This document shows positions 13,201 through 24,654 of a stretch of 64,000 nt of DNA, piece after piece; the first letter of the stretch is position 1, and each line of letters starts with the position of its first letter. A program made the translations under genes and the position numbers. Origin of the DNA: Heterodontus francisci (lineage: Eukaryota). The DNA lies in assembly GCF_036365525.1 (NCBI RefSeq), contig NC_090377.1, positions 81,812,024 through 81,876,023 of the forward strand, written 5' to 3'. The notes under the pieces were generated by a model. That model was given only the letters and a program-made list of their open reading frames with translations. It had not been told where the DNA came from and made no database searches.

Positions 13201-14610
13201 TACTGCAGCTGAAAGTCCTTTCAGCAATGGATTCTGTGAAAGGAATCTTGCAGAGATCAATAAAGTGCTGCATCAAATTTTAGCTGACAACTGGACTGCA
13301 AGTTGCAAACCGTCATGGCATGGGCAGTTCATGCAAAGAATTCACACAGATGGTTGGAAGGTATAATAGCTATCACTTAGTCTATGGGCAAAATCGCAAA
13401 TTGCCTTCGGTGTTGTGCGATAGTCCTCTTGATCTAGAAGATATTAATAATTCCCATTTTTTTCCTGCATATTTGAATGCTTTACATGCAGTTAGACAGG
13501 CTTTCATCAAGGCTTAGGTCTCGGAGGAAATTTGGACAGCTCTGAAGCATTGTGCAAGACCTTCTGAGACGCAATTTAATTCATGAGATTTGGTGTGTTA
13601 TGCAAGAGAGGGTCATAGGAAATGCCAAGGCCCTGTTAAGGTAATAGGTCATGATAGTAAGACAGTACTCATCAACTATGGTAATTCAAATGTTAAGGTT
13701 CATTCCTCACATTTTGTCGGAATTAATGGCATGATTTTGAACTCTGAGCAGCTGATAGACAGAATCAAGGTGTATTGTACCTCAAGTGCTTGAGTGTTTT
13801 GTGATGAGGGTTCTGAGGAACAGAATATGATAGATCAAGGATGGATAGTGGTAACGTAAGTGATCATGATACACAGGACAGAGCTATCACATTCAAAGGC
13901 CAATTACCCAGTGTGGGTACTCGGGTGACATATATTACAGAGGAGTCTAGTGAATGGAGGGAGGCAACAATTGTGGGATGTGCAGGAAAAGCTACATAAG
14001 AAAAGTTTAAATATTGGTTCAGTGTTCAGGATGTTGGCCAAGTGAGGTCCAGGGACTGGCAGAAAGGAGAGAAAGAGTGGAGAGTAACAAAGCATTGTGC
14101 AAGTACTGATGGTGCGTCTGGAACGGACTCTTGTGTCAGAGAACAACCACATGTCAGGGAAAGACCCTCCGACAGTGCAAGAGGGAGATATCGTAGTAGT
14201 AGATGTAAAAGTGCAAGTAAAGGCCGTAGCTTCAATAGATTAGACACCGACGGTCTCAGAAGAGAACTGAAGAACTAAAATCCTAATGATCATGAACTTT
14301 TGGTGGCTGCCAATAAACTTGAAGATAAACTAATAGGCAAAACTAAGGGAGTTAGATAGGAAAAGGCAGTTTGGAGTTCATTTTGATTCACCAAATAAAG
14401 GGCTAGAAGCTTTGTCACCTAAGTTGATTTGTATTGGGAAAGTCCTTGAGGATGGAACTTATAAGGCTAAAGTGAGGCTAGTTGCTCGGAGTTTTAAGAG
14501 TGACTGGCTGATGCAGGTGTTAGAGTAATTGGAAAAGACATTTTGAAACTTTTTTTTAGCTCTTATGATCACATTTCTTGGAGTTTATATCAATTGACAT
14601 AAAAGCCTGA

Positions 14611-15713
14611 TGTCACGAAAACACGCAATGTCGAATGATGACTTTTAATCCATCGGCTGGAAAACTGCATTACATTTTTTTTAAAGGAACAGATAAAAGG
14701 TGACACTATGCTAGCAGCTAAAGATGGTCACCCCAATTTGCATCACTGTATTCCACATTCCAATGCATTGAGGTGGAGACAAATTGTCTACACCGACCCA
14801 TCAATAACAATGACCTGGGGAATCTGAGTGAACTACCTGTCCTGTTTTCCATTAGCGAGGTGTCAAGGCCATCACCTGAAAATTAGACTGGTGGAGATGA
14901 ACCAGTCAAACCTAATCACTTAAACAATGGGACCCTGGTTGTGAGAAGGGAATTCCTAGACATGGAATGATTAAGTTGCAAGAGGGAATACACACTGGTA
15001 ACCATCATGCTTGAATCACTCAGTGATGGTCATGTGACAGTCCCACCATCTGTGTGCTTAAACTGGTGTTTTCTCTGCAGCAACCAGACAAGCACCAGAT
15101 AGTGACAAGAGAAGAGCCAAGTGGGGTCCATCCTCCCTCCCTTCCCCCCCACCCCCCCCTCCCCTTTCTCATATCCACCTTACAAGCTTTGAACCCTTCC
15201 TGCTGACTGTGACCACCTGGGCATATCCTTACTGCAGACAGAAACTCCTTGAAGGACATCAGACACATTGCTATCTCCAAAAGAACCACCAAATCAGCTG
15301 TGCACATCTTCTAAACGGAAGCCTCAGGACCACCCATAGGAAAGTTGCACGACCACCGAATGCAGCCTGAAGCCAGTTGAGTCACCAACCTCCACAGACT
15401 GTATACCCCTTTTATTTCTCTGTATTTTAATCCACCCAGTCTAACCTTCCCCACTCTGTAACTCAAATGTTGTTAGTGTGAAAGATGGAGCGTATTTTAT
15501 TTTACTTAGATTGGATTAAGTACAATAAAGCTAACCTGTTTGTTTGTTGAACTCAAAACCTGTCTAATTTGGTTATTTTAATAGCCTGTTAACAGTTAAA
15601 CACTCAATTAATTGGCAAGTATATCCACTTCAAAAAGAAATAAACCGGTTGTGGTCAAACAAGGAGAGGGAAAAGAGGGGAGCTCTTCAACTCCCTCTCA
15701 CCTGATTGTAACA
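14611..15713 (+). mobile_element. Solo LTR (TGT...ACA, about 1.1 kb) inserted in the copia RT
   Basis: Splits the RT motif IDIKA/xFLQ; flanks CTGA and CTTA form a 4-bp TSD with one mismatch; AATAAA near the 3' end; related to 43619-44232. Confidence 0.8.
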
Positions 15714-16922
15714 CTTATTTCTGCAAAGCAATACTTTTCATAGAGAAGTGTTTCTGAAACTGCCTGAAGAGACAGCAGTTGCAGAAGGAAAACTATGGAA
15801 ACTAAACAAATGTGACTATGGCCTGAATGATTCTTCCAGGGTGTGGTACTTTTCTCGGTGAGTCTGTTTTGCTGAAAATAGGTTGTTCAACAAAAAGCAG
15901 AGACTACAATGTTCTGTTGGCATCATATGGAAAAGTTTCGGGCATCTCTGATGTATGTTTTTTATTTCTTATGGGGTAATACTGCAGAATTTGGGAAATG
16001 TGTTAAGATTAGAGTAGAATTTTAAATTGGAATTCAGGCTTGTGGAACTTTTAAATATATTGGTTCAGATATTATGCAGGTCTGGAATAACTTTAAATCA
16101 GCAATTCATATTTAGAGTGTTACTCCCATCCTGCTTGATTGTGCTAAGCCATCACAGAAAGATGATTATCTAAAGGGACCGAGCAGTTGCAAAGCTTGAT
16201 TGGTCAGTTGAACTGATTGGGCACTCGGGCTAGACCAGGTGCTAGTTTTGATGTATTGACGTTAAGTACTACGATGAAACACTCTGAAGTAGAGCATGTT
16301 TTTAGGCAAATAAATATTCAATCTGCAGACATGCATGCTTAAGTTCCCATCCTTAAGTGACCCAAAGATCATGCAGCTAGTCATGTTTAGTGATGCTTCA
16401 CATGCTAATCTTGCTGATGGGTATTCGAGTGCAGCTGGCTTCTTAATATTTCTTATGGGTAAAAATGAGAAGTGTTGTCCAATAGCTTGGGAAGCTGAGA
16501 AAATAAAAAGGATTGTTCTAAGTACTTGAGCTGCTGAAACACTGGTTAGGGGATTCTATATGTCAAATATTTTAAGTGAAATTCTGTGTGAGGGCATACT
16601 TAAGGTCGTATACCCATTGAATGTTATCTATATAATCATTCATTGTGGGATAATGTACACTCTACCAAGATTGTGAGTGAGAAAAGGATATGGATTGACC
16701 TTGCTCGCTTAAACCAATGCTGGAGAGAAAGAAAATCTCTCGTTAAATGGGTCGATGCAAGTCAAAGAAATGCGTGGATGGGAAAATTGTTAGGTGCCCT
16801 ACAGGAGGGTTGTTTCACAATGTAATGGTTTCTACAGAATGTGGATGTTTTTCATTTATTATGTTTTCAAATTTTGGTTGTGCACCTTAACTCATTTTTG
16901 TTTAAAGGGTGAGATTGAAATC

Positions 16923-17128
16923 TGTTGGTTGTCTATTATGTTCCATTGTATGCAGGTGGAGGGTATTAACTGGGGCTTCATTTGTGCCTCTATAAATAGA
17001 CACAGTCTAATACTGTGGTTGTTGGGTTAGGAAATGTATACTTGTCATGTGTAACTGTAAATAAACAGAAAAGTGTGTAAAGATTGTCTACAGTTCTAAC
17101 CTTCTAGCTAGCTTTCTGGAATAAAACA
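16923..17128 (+). repeat. 3' LTR of the copia element
   Basis: Follows a purine-rich PPT-like aaagggtgaga; TG...CA ends; tataaa and aataaa inside; homologous solo copy at 35834-36051. Confidence 0.7.
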
Positions 17129-17139
17129 TAAATGAACTG

Positions 17140-17310
17140 GATACAGAAACTCTGTGCAAAATTGACAAATTTGCAGATGATATCCAACCAGGAGAGGTGT
17201 AGGAGCCAGCACAGATTTAACAGAATGTGCTGGGTGAAGTATAGAAGTAGTCAGAGCAATGGTGGATAAAACTTAGTAAAGACAAGTGTCAAGTCCTGCA
17301 CATAAGTGGA
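17140..17310 (+). mobile_element. Old CR1 RT fragment
   Basis: aaatttgcagatgat (KFADD) and DKCQVLHI. Confidence 0.55.
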
Positions 17311-18097
17311 GACAAGCGTAAGGCCTGAGGGTGACATTAAAATAAACTCTGGGAGGGCAAGGGGATGTTTGATCAAGCTCTTAGGTCATTTTGGAATGAT
17401 ACTGGGAAGTTATTCATTATCGGTATTGTGGAATTATTTTCCAATTGAAAAGAGACAATAACCCTGGAATCATTTAGATAATTGAATAATACAATGGAAG
17501 AATCTTAACGCTGGACAAATTAAGATGAGCCCACTAGGCACCTTCATGCATAATTATCTTGAGATTACTGAAAAACTGCTTGGGCTTCATTAGTGCGGTT
17601 TTAAGTATTTCATCAGTCCCTTAATTGAATGCTATGTTGATGTTCACAAAGTGTGGTATGGAGCTTGCTGTCTCTTATTTCTTATTGCGAGCAATGCAAA
17701 GTAGCAAACATTGGCATGAAGCTGCATAGTTTCACACTATGTATGTGACCATTAAAGGAGTGAGCAGAACAAAATTAACAGGGGCTTGTAGATTCATTCA
17801 GATTTTGTAATCCACTGCTTTACTGTGTATGTTCCTCAATGAAGTTAAAATCGAGAGGCTTTTTCTGTGTAATATGAAAGACCAGCTTGCCATAAGGCAC
17901 CTGAAAAATGCCTTTCTTTCACTTCTCTACAGTAAAACTTTCTGTTAAATTCAATCTGAAATTTTTTGATATTCACTGTGCAACATATACGGTTCACAAT
18001 CAATAGGAGACTTTTTATGTTATTGATGATAAATCTTTGATTATATTGTTGATGGCAACCTGGCAGAGGGTGTTCTCAGGTCGGAGTGTAGTGCAAG

Positions 18098-19110
18098 CAA
18101 GCAGTTCTCAACCAGGATCAGTGAGAAGGTTTCAAGGGATCGGTCAATGTGTTGGCAAAAGCAATGCTTTTTTTTTGCCCATAAAAATATGACTGCACCC
18201 ATTCCCGAATTGGCAGAGCCCCGCAGCGCACATGTTGCTGTCACTGGAAAGTGGATGATGATTGGAAGCTATCTGCAGAATTGCAATGTTTAGAACAAGG
18301 TGAGTCATTATTAAACAGTGGAAGATTAAAGATGCACCTGGAGACAAGATAGTGGCATGTGGGGATAGTCCCAACAACTCATCTGGAGACAGTAATGCTG
18401 CAACTTCTAGGCAAATCCCAATTCCCCTCTGGTGGGGGTGTCGTTGGGTGTGATGTTGAGGTTAACTGTATGAATTACACTCCAGCCCTCAGATGTAGGT
18501 ACGGCTGGCATATATGCCCAGCCCTAGTTGGCACACCTTTATTCCATGCTGAAACTGCAGAACGTGTTCGCTGGTACGTTGCCTCTGTATGTATGGTATA
18601 ATTATTTCAGTTGGAGCAAGATAAATTATGAATAACAGGAAAATTCATTGTAAGCACACACTAAAAATATCAGACTTAGTAAAATTTTTATTTCTACCGT
18701 TAGCTTAAACTACACGCATAGAGAAATGATACAGAAGTTCATTCAAGTTCAACCGCAAGGGCTGAAGACTGAGGAGGTATAGGTGTGTGTAAAGAATGTA
18801 AGGAGGCCATTAAGCGTACAATTAAGGAAATGCGAAGACACCTACTTGAATTACGGTTTCATTAATACTGGAAGTGGAGATATAACTCAACAGCAATGTG
18901 TAATTTGTGTGCAAGTACGTCCAGTGAATCTTTGAAACCCTCCAAATTTGAGACGTTTAATAGCCAAGCATGAACTAAAAATGGATAAGCAGTGTTCATT
19001 TTTTATAATTCTGTAATGTTTGTACAGAAAGGTGACTTGTGTTATGGGAGTTTGTGGAATTTTTATAACATGGGGGGAGGTATTTCGAGCAAAAAGATTG
19101 AGAAGCTCTC
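18098..19110 (+). mobile_element. Internally deleted hAT (Charlie/Buster-like) DNA transposon
   Basis: TIR-like ends cagttctcaacc and gattgagaagctct; 18830-18970 encodes a BED-finger remnant YLNYGF...QCVICV...ESLKPSK...AKH. Confidence 0.6.
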
Positions 19111-19894
19111 CTGCAAACCACTGTCCTTGGCCTGCAGGAATTTCACTTGGCATTATTTAGTTTTGTAACAAACGAAAGAGCAGTTGCAGTATAATTTTCT
19201 CAGTCTTGAGAGTTAGGATGAAGTACTGGTTTTAAAATATTTATTCTTTGGACAATTTTTAAGTTTATGTCCTAACTTTTTATTGGTGACAAGCATATTG
19301 TGTCTGTGCTGTTCTTTGATGTGTTTGTCTTCTGTTTTGTTATCTTGCCATAGAGATTTTAATATAACTATTATAACAATTTACCACCCACCTAAAAGCT
19401 GTCCTAGCATACATTATATCACAGGGTAATATCTTTTCATGACATCAAATACACTGTATGCAGGAAATGCGAGATTTTCAGTCATTCACTGTACTTGGAA
19501 GACTTGTTCTGCATTTCTTTCTTGGTTCGTTTATTCTGTCGACAAATATCACTCTCATGAACTTCAATTGTTTGCTGTCTTTTGTTCTATAATTTGCTTA
19601 AGAAGTTTTTATAAGTGGGCATGTCATCTTTTTTTAAAGTGACTGTTGTGCCATTTTCAAGTTGCAGCAGTGTTCCCATAGCATGGATTTGATCTGCATT
19701 CCAATCTAGGTCAGTAATGAAGATTGTTAGATGGTGTTTTCTTTGGTTCTTGTATGCCAGGGTGATTTGTTGAAGGAATGCTGTTATTGGTAATGATTTC
19801 GGGACCTGCTTATTTATGGGACTGACCATTCCCAATTATATTTATCTGATGTGACAAACTTGAAAAAAAAATGTTTCTGCTTTATGTGTCACCT

Positions 19895-20295
19895 TGGATC
19901 ATTTGGTAGTACTCTTCTGTCTGAGTTGGAAGCTTGTGGGTTCAAGCCCAGGCACAGACTTGAGTACGTAATCAAGGCTGACAGTACTGAGGGAGTAGTG
20001 CATTGTTGGATGAGGTATTAAAACGAGGTCCCATCCGCTGACTGACGTGCATATAAATTATCCTATGGCGCTCTTCTAAGAACGAGCTGTTCTTTCAGAT
20101 GTCCCGGCACACATTTCTCCTTTAAAGAACAATAGGTTATCTGGCTCTTCATTTATTTTCTATTTGTGGGATCTTGGTGCGCACAAATTGATGGTCACAT
20201 TTGCCTACATGACAGTCACTGTATTCAGAAGTTTTTCATCAGCTGTAAAAGCATTTAGTGACATTGTCTGCATTTGTTAAAGCTCTGTGTAAATT
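19895..20295 (+). mobile_element. DeuSINE (SacSINE1/AmnSINE1-like)
   Basis: tRNA-like head gggttcaagccc, cagtactgagggag, Deu-domain-like tttgtgggatcttggtgcgcacaaattg, L2-type tail. Confidence 0.7.
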
Positions 20296-21184
20296 TGTTA
20301 TGAGTATCTGACGCATATCTTGTGTGAAGGACTGAACTATATGGTCATAAGCATGGTGTTTTCTAGCCTACCAGAGATCAGAAATGTACTATAGCAACTA
20401 GTACACTTTCCTGTGTTCAACCCATGTGCTCCAAGGTGGATTCTTCATCCTGACTAAATCCATTGATAGTCAATTCATGTTTATGGTTAGATTTTATATC
20501 ATGGGAGGATGATGTCTTTTGTGATCATGAATGCATAGGGAGAAATCCAAATTGTAATGGGTCTTGTATCCAAGATTGCAACTTTAGTTTAGTCTTTTTG
20601 CCTCTGCTGCAATTGAATCATTGGCACTAAATTTGATGAATGCACCATCTGATTTGTTTTTTCTGCCTACATCCATTCTTGGACATGTTTCAGGTAAGCC
20701 TCAAAAATGTGTACCAGTGAAGTGACCAGAGTACCCAATGTTTCAACCAGTGCCCGCCCACATAATTTTCCTTTACTAGGAGAGCCGTTAGGGCAGACTC
20801 CAAATGAATTTCAGACTTGCATCAGTTCACCCATCTTAAAAGACAAAAAAGCGCACCATTTAATGGAAAGCACTTGCATTTATTTAGTGCTTTTCACAAG
20901 CTCAGGATGCTTCAAAGCACTTTACAACAGTGACTGTACTTCTAAAGTATTTTGTCTGTAATGTCGGGAGATGATAAAGCCTCCCAACGTCTGCTCAACT
21001 CCACATAGGTGCTTTGAAAATTTCATTTTAGCTCTTTTTTTCAAATGATGGAATCTTGGAATAGCATACCAAGAAATATTCACTAAAATGAAATCAAAAA
21101 TTGAAGTTATTAAATTGCTGAAAATCTGTAGCTTTTTTTAATGTTGAAGCCAACTGAGGAACTGGAATTAACTTATCCACTGAT

Positions 21185-21440
21185 AAACAACAACTTGCAT
21201 TTGCATAACAGCTTCAGCATAGAAAAACAGCTTGAGGCAGTTGAGAGTTGCAATAAAACCAAAATGGGCTTTGAGCCAAAAAGGAGACATAGCTTGGCAT
21301 TACAATTGGGTTTTAAGGGAGAATGAACTAAAATGAGGAAAGGGAAGTGGAGAGGCGAGGGGGAAGGGATTATAGAAGCAACTCCAGAGCATGAGACCTA
21401 AACAGGTGAAGGGATGGCTGCCTGTGGTGGGGCAAAAAAA
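21185..21440 (-). mobile_element. L2 3' fragment
   Basis: caacttgcatttgcataac tail; similar to 10965-11200. Confidence 0.55.
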
Positions 21441-23309
21441 ACTACACAATCTTAAAATAAACATTCCCATTGAAATGGTTTGTGGCGAGGGAAACTAGCA
21501 TGTGATCACATTGGGTAAAATGTATTCCAATTATACTATGAGAGTAAATTTTTGGTGTGCTCTATACTGGAGTTGTTAAATGTCTCATTCTGCAAATAAG
21601 AATTCAGCCTGCAAAATTAACCTCGTCTTGTTTTTTTAAAAATATATTTTACCCCCAATCTGAGCATTGACCATACCAGTAAATGATTGCAGTAAGCTTG
21701 AGGAAGGCAGAGCTTACTATGTTTCCTTAAGCATATATTTTTGCTTTCTGAAAAGATGTAGCAGAAATCTGTATTGTTTAGACTCTGGGATGCGAAAGAA
21801 TATAACTTCTAGATTACAGTGCATTTTACAGAAAAGTTCAATCATGCCTGACATGCACAGACCAGGAATGTTCTATGGCCGATCACTATCTGCTGAATTA
21901 ACTGAATTTGGCTCTGCTAACAATAAGGGTACTACATTTGACTCTGCATCTCTGTTAGGAAAAAGGAAAAGCAGCCGGAATTTATGTTCTTTATTACTGT
22001 TCAGTGACATCTGCTGGAAATGCATGTATGGAGGTTTGGTGTGCACAGTTAATATTTGTGCATTACGTATGTTTTAAAATCACTGCTCTATCAGCTAAAG
22101 TTTTTATTTTGCTATCCAGATAAATTGGGCCATGATTCTGGTTAAAGGTATATGGACCAACAGTGACTTCTGTTCACGATTGGGTGACAATTTTCATTAA
22201 ATTTTGAATTTGTACACTGATCAACAGAAATTGATTGAAAAGTTTGGACCATTCTTTGTGGACTAATTTAACTGTCTGAACAATTTATTTAATCAGGCTA
22301 AGATGAATGTCCACCAGTATTGGTATCACTTTTTTTTGTTTTGTCATTGTAACAAATGTTTACAGTGATTGACAATTTGAGCAGCTGTGACAAAATCAAA
22401 TGGTTGCATTCATTTTAAAAGTTGTATTCTTCAAGTTAATGCTTTTGTTTAGTTATTTCAGCTACGTTATACCCATTTAATATCTTTGCATCTTTGAACC
22501 TGAAACATCCATATATTTCACGGTTAAACCTGAGCACCAGATGTGTCTAAATATGTATGCCAAAGTACACTTCAACTGTACAGTATGCCAGGCGACCAAA
22601 TGTGTGTTTTCCATCAAAAATGTGGGATGAAACAATGCAGAAAATGTTCTGACCCAGTAGCTGCTCTTAGACCTGTTTTTTAGATTTTTGTTTTGCAAGA
22701 TTGGTAGTGGCAGGGGGTGGGGTGAAGGGAGAGTTGGTGCGGTGGCAAATAGGTTCAGTTAAGTGTTCTCTGGCGCATTAAATCATTTTAAGATTGTGTT
22801 TGAAGCAAATAATGAGACCAGCACCATTTACCTCCTGATAGTCTCAAGCCATTACATTTCCTTTATCAATTGAAAGGACCTAACTATATCCATTGCAGAG
22901 TGTTTGTTTGGCAATTGATTGGGCTAAACGTCTAAAAATAAAAACTGGTATCCATTTCCCCTGTTCCAAAAATGCCTGTTGTAGTTGCAATTTTTTTCTA
23001 AAGTGCAGAATGCATTTGTTTCCCAGTCTGAATTTCCATTTAGGACCTGGCAGTCACACCCACTAATTGCATACTCTTTCCTAAAACCTTAGTAGCTGTG
23101 GAGCACCGGAGAGGTTGAGGTTCCTGTTAAAGACAAATTACTATAAGAGGTTTTACACGGCACTTTGGAAGAAGAAAGTTAATTTAATTACAAAGATAAG
23201 TTGGTGACATTGCAGGTAGTCATACATTTGCATTTTGCGTTAGTCTACTCTGTGGTGTGAAAGGTATTGCATTATGACAATATTTTGAAACGGTTATGTT
23301 GGTACAGTA

Positions 23310-23328
23310 TGTGTGTGTGTGTGTGTGT
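23310..23328. repeat. (TG)n microsatellite
   Basis: Seen directly. Confidence 0.95.
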
Positions 23329-24086
23329 ACAGGTTATGTTTTACGTCTTGAGTATTTGATTAGTGAGGAGAGGTGGGGAAACATTATTTGAATACATTGT
23401 AAGCTTAAATGTCATAACATTCTGAACAGTATTGAACTTAATTGTGAACTCTTGTGAACTCCATTTTATCAATGTACACAAATCAATTCATTGTGCCATT
23501 GCACAGTGTTATGGCCAGGTGGTAAAGGGTGCGTGTGGTTCCCACTGTTCACCTCCTAACTGATCACAGCAAGTGTTTTGTTTGGGTTTTAACCCCTTGT
23601 GTTTTGTTTGTCAAATAAACAGACAGTGACAGGTTTTCTTGTTGGTTTAAACAGAAGATTATTTATTAAACAATTTTCACTCCTGCACCTGCGCGCCCAC
23701 AAGAATAAATAGGAAAAAGGATGTGATTTCAAGTGGCGTTTGGGATTTCTCTTTAAGTTGCAGGCCTGAATGTTTGTAGTTTCCTGGTAGTTGAGACTTC
23801 AGTCTGGATGTGGTAGTCAATTTCAGTTCTCTGCTGCACCATGTTGAAGGGTTGAATTCACAGCAGGGGTCCTTTTTTTGGTTTTTGCTGGATCTCTCTT
23901 GGCTCTCAGTTGGACAGGCTTTTGTGATCTCTCCTCCTCTCACCAGAGTGCTGTTTTTTAAGGTAAAAATCTCTCTCATCTTGCCTCTTAGGAGACATGG
24001 GGTCTCCTCCCTGTGGTGACCCTGGGCCAGCATGTGGCTACTTCACACCTTCCTCGTTTCAGAAGAACCCATTCAATTCAGGAATA

Positions 24087-24654
24087 ACACAACAGCACAA
24101 GAAATAGGAGCAGGAGTAAACCATGGCTGATCTTAGGCTTCAACTACACTTTCCTGCATGCTCGCCATATCCCTTGATTCCAAGAGACCAAAAATCTGTC
24201 TATCCCAGCCTTAAATGTATTCAACGATGGAGCATCCACAACCCTCTGGGGTCGAGAATTTCAAAGATTCATAACCCTTTGAGTGAAGTAATTTTTCCTC
24301 ATCTCAGTCCTAAATGATCAGGCTCTTATACTGAGACTGTGCCCCCATGTTTTAGATTCCTCAACCAGCGGAAACAATCTCTTTGTCTACCCTATCCAGC
24401 CCCTTCAGAATCTTGTAAGTTTAAATGAAATCTCCTTTCATTCATGTAAACTTCAGAGATTATAGGCCCAATTTACTCAGCCTGTCATCATAGGACAGCC
24501 CCCTCATCCCAGGGACCAATTTAGTGAACCTTTGCAGTCCCGCCTCCAATGCAAGAGATCCATTCTTAAATGTGGAGACCAAAACTGCACATAGTACTCC
24601 AAATGTGGTCTCGCCGAAACCCCGTACAATAGTAGCAAGACTTCTTTATTCTCT
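24087..24654 (-). mobile_element. CR1 3' fragment
   Basis: RPHLEYYVQFWSPH on the minus strand plus a CR1 3'UTR (tcctgctcctatttcttgtg). Confidence 0.85.

Larger units (their letters stand above)
13200..17128 (+). mobile_element. Degenerate Ty1/copia LTR retrotransposon, GalEa-like; 3' half (integrase, RT, RNase H, 3' LTR)
   Basis: TAAESPFSNGFCERN (integrase); KAKVRLVAR and LWKLNKCDYGLNDSSRVWY (RT); FSDASHANL...PIAW...KIKRIVLST and DNVHSTKIVSEKR (RNase H); INT-RT-RH order is diagnostic of copia. Confidence 0.85.

Noticed and set aside
18830-18975. Possible ZBED5/SCAND3-like host exon
   Set aside because: Frameshifted BED-finger remnant between hAT-type TIRs
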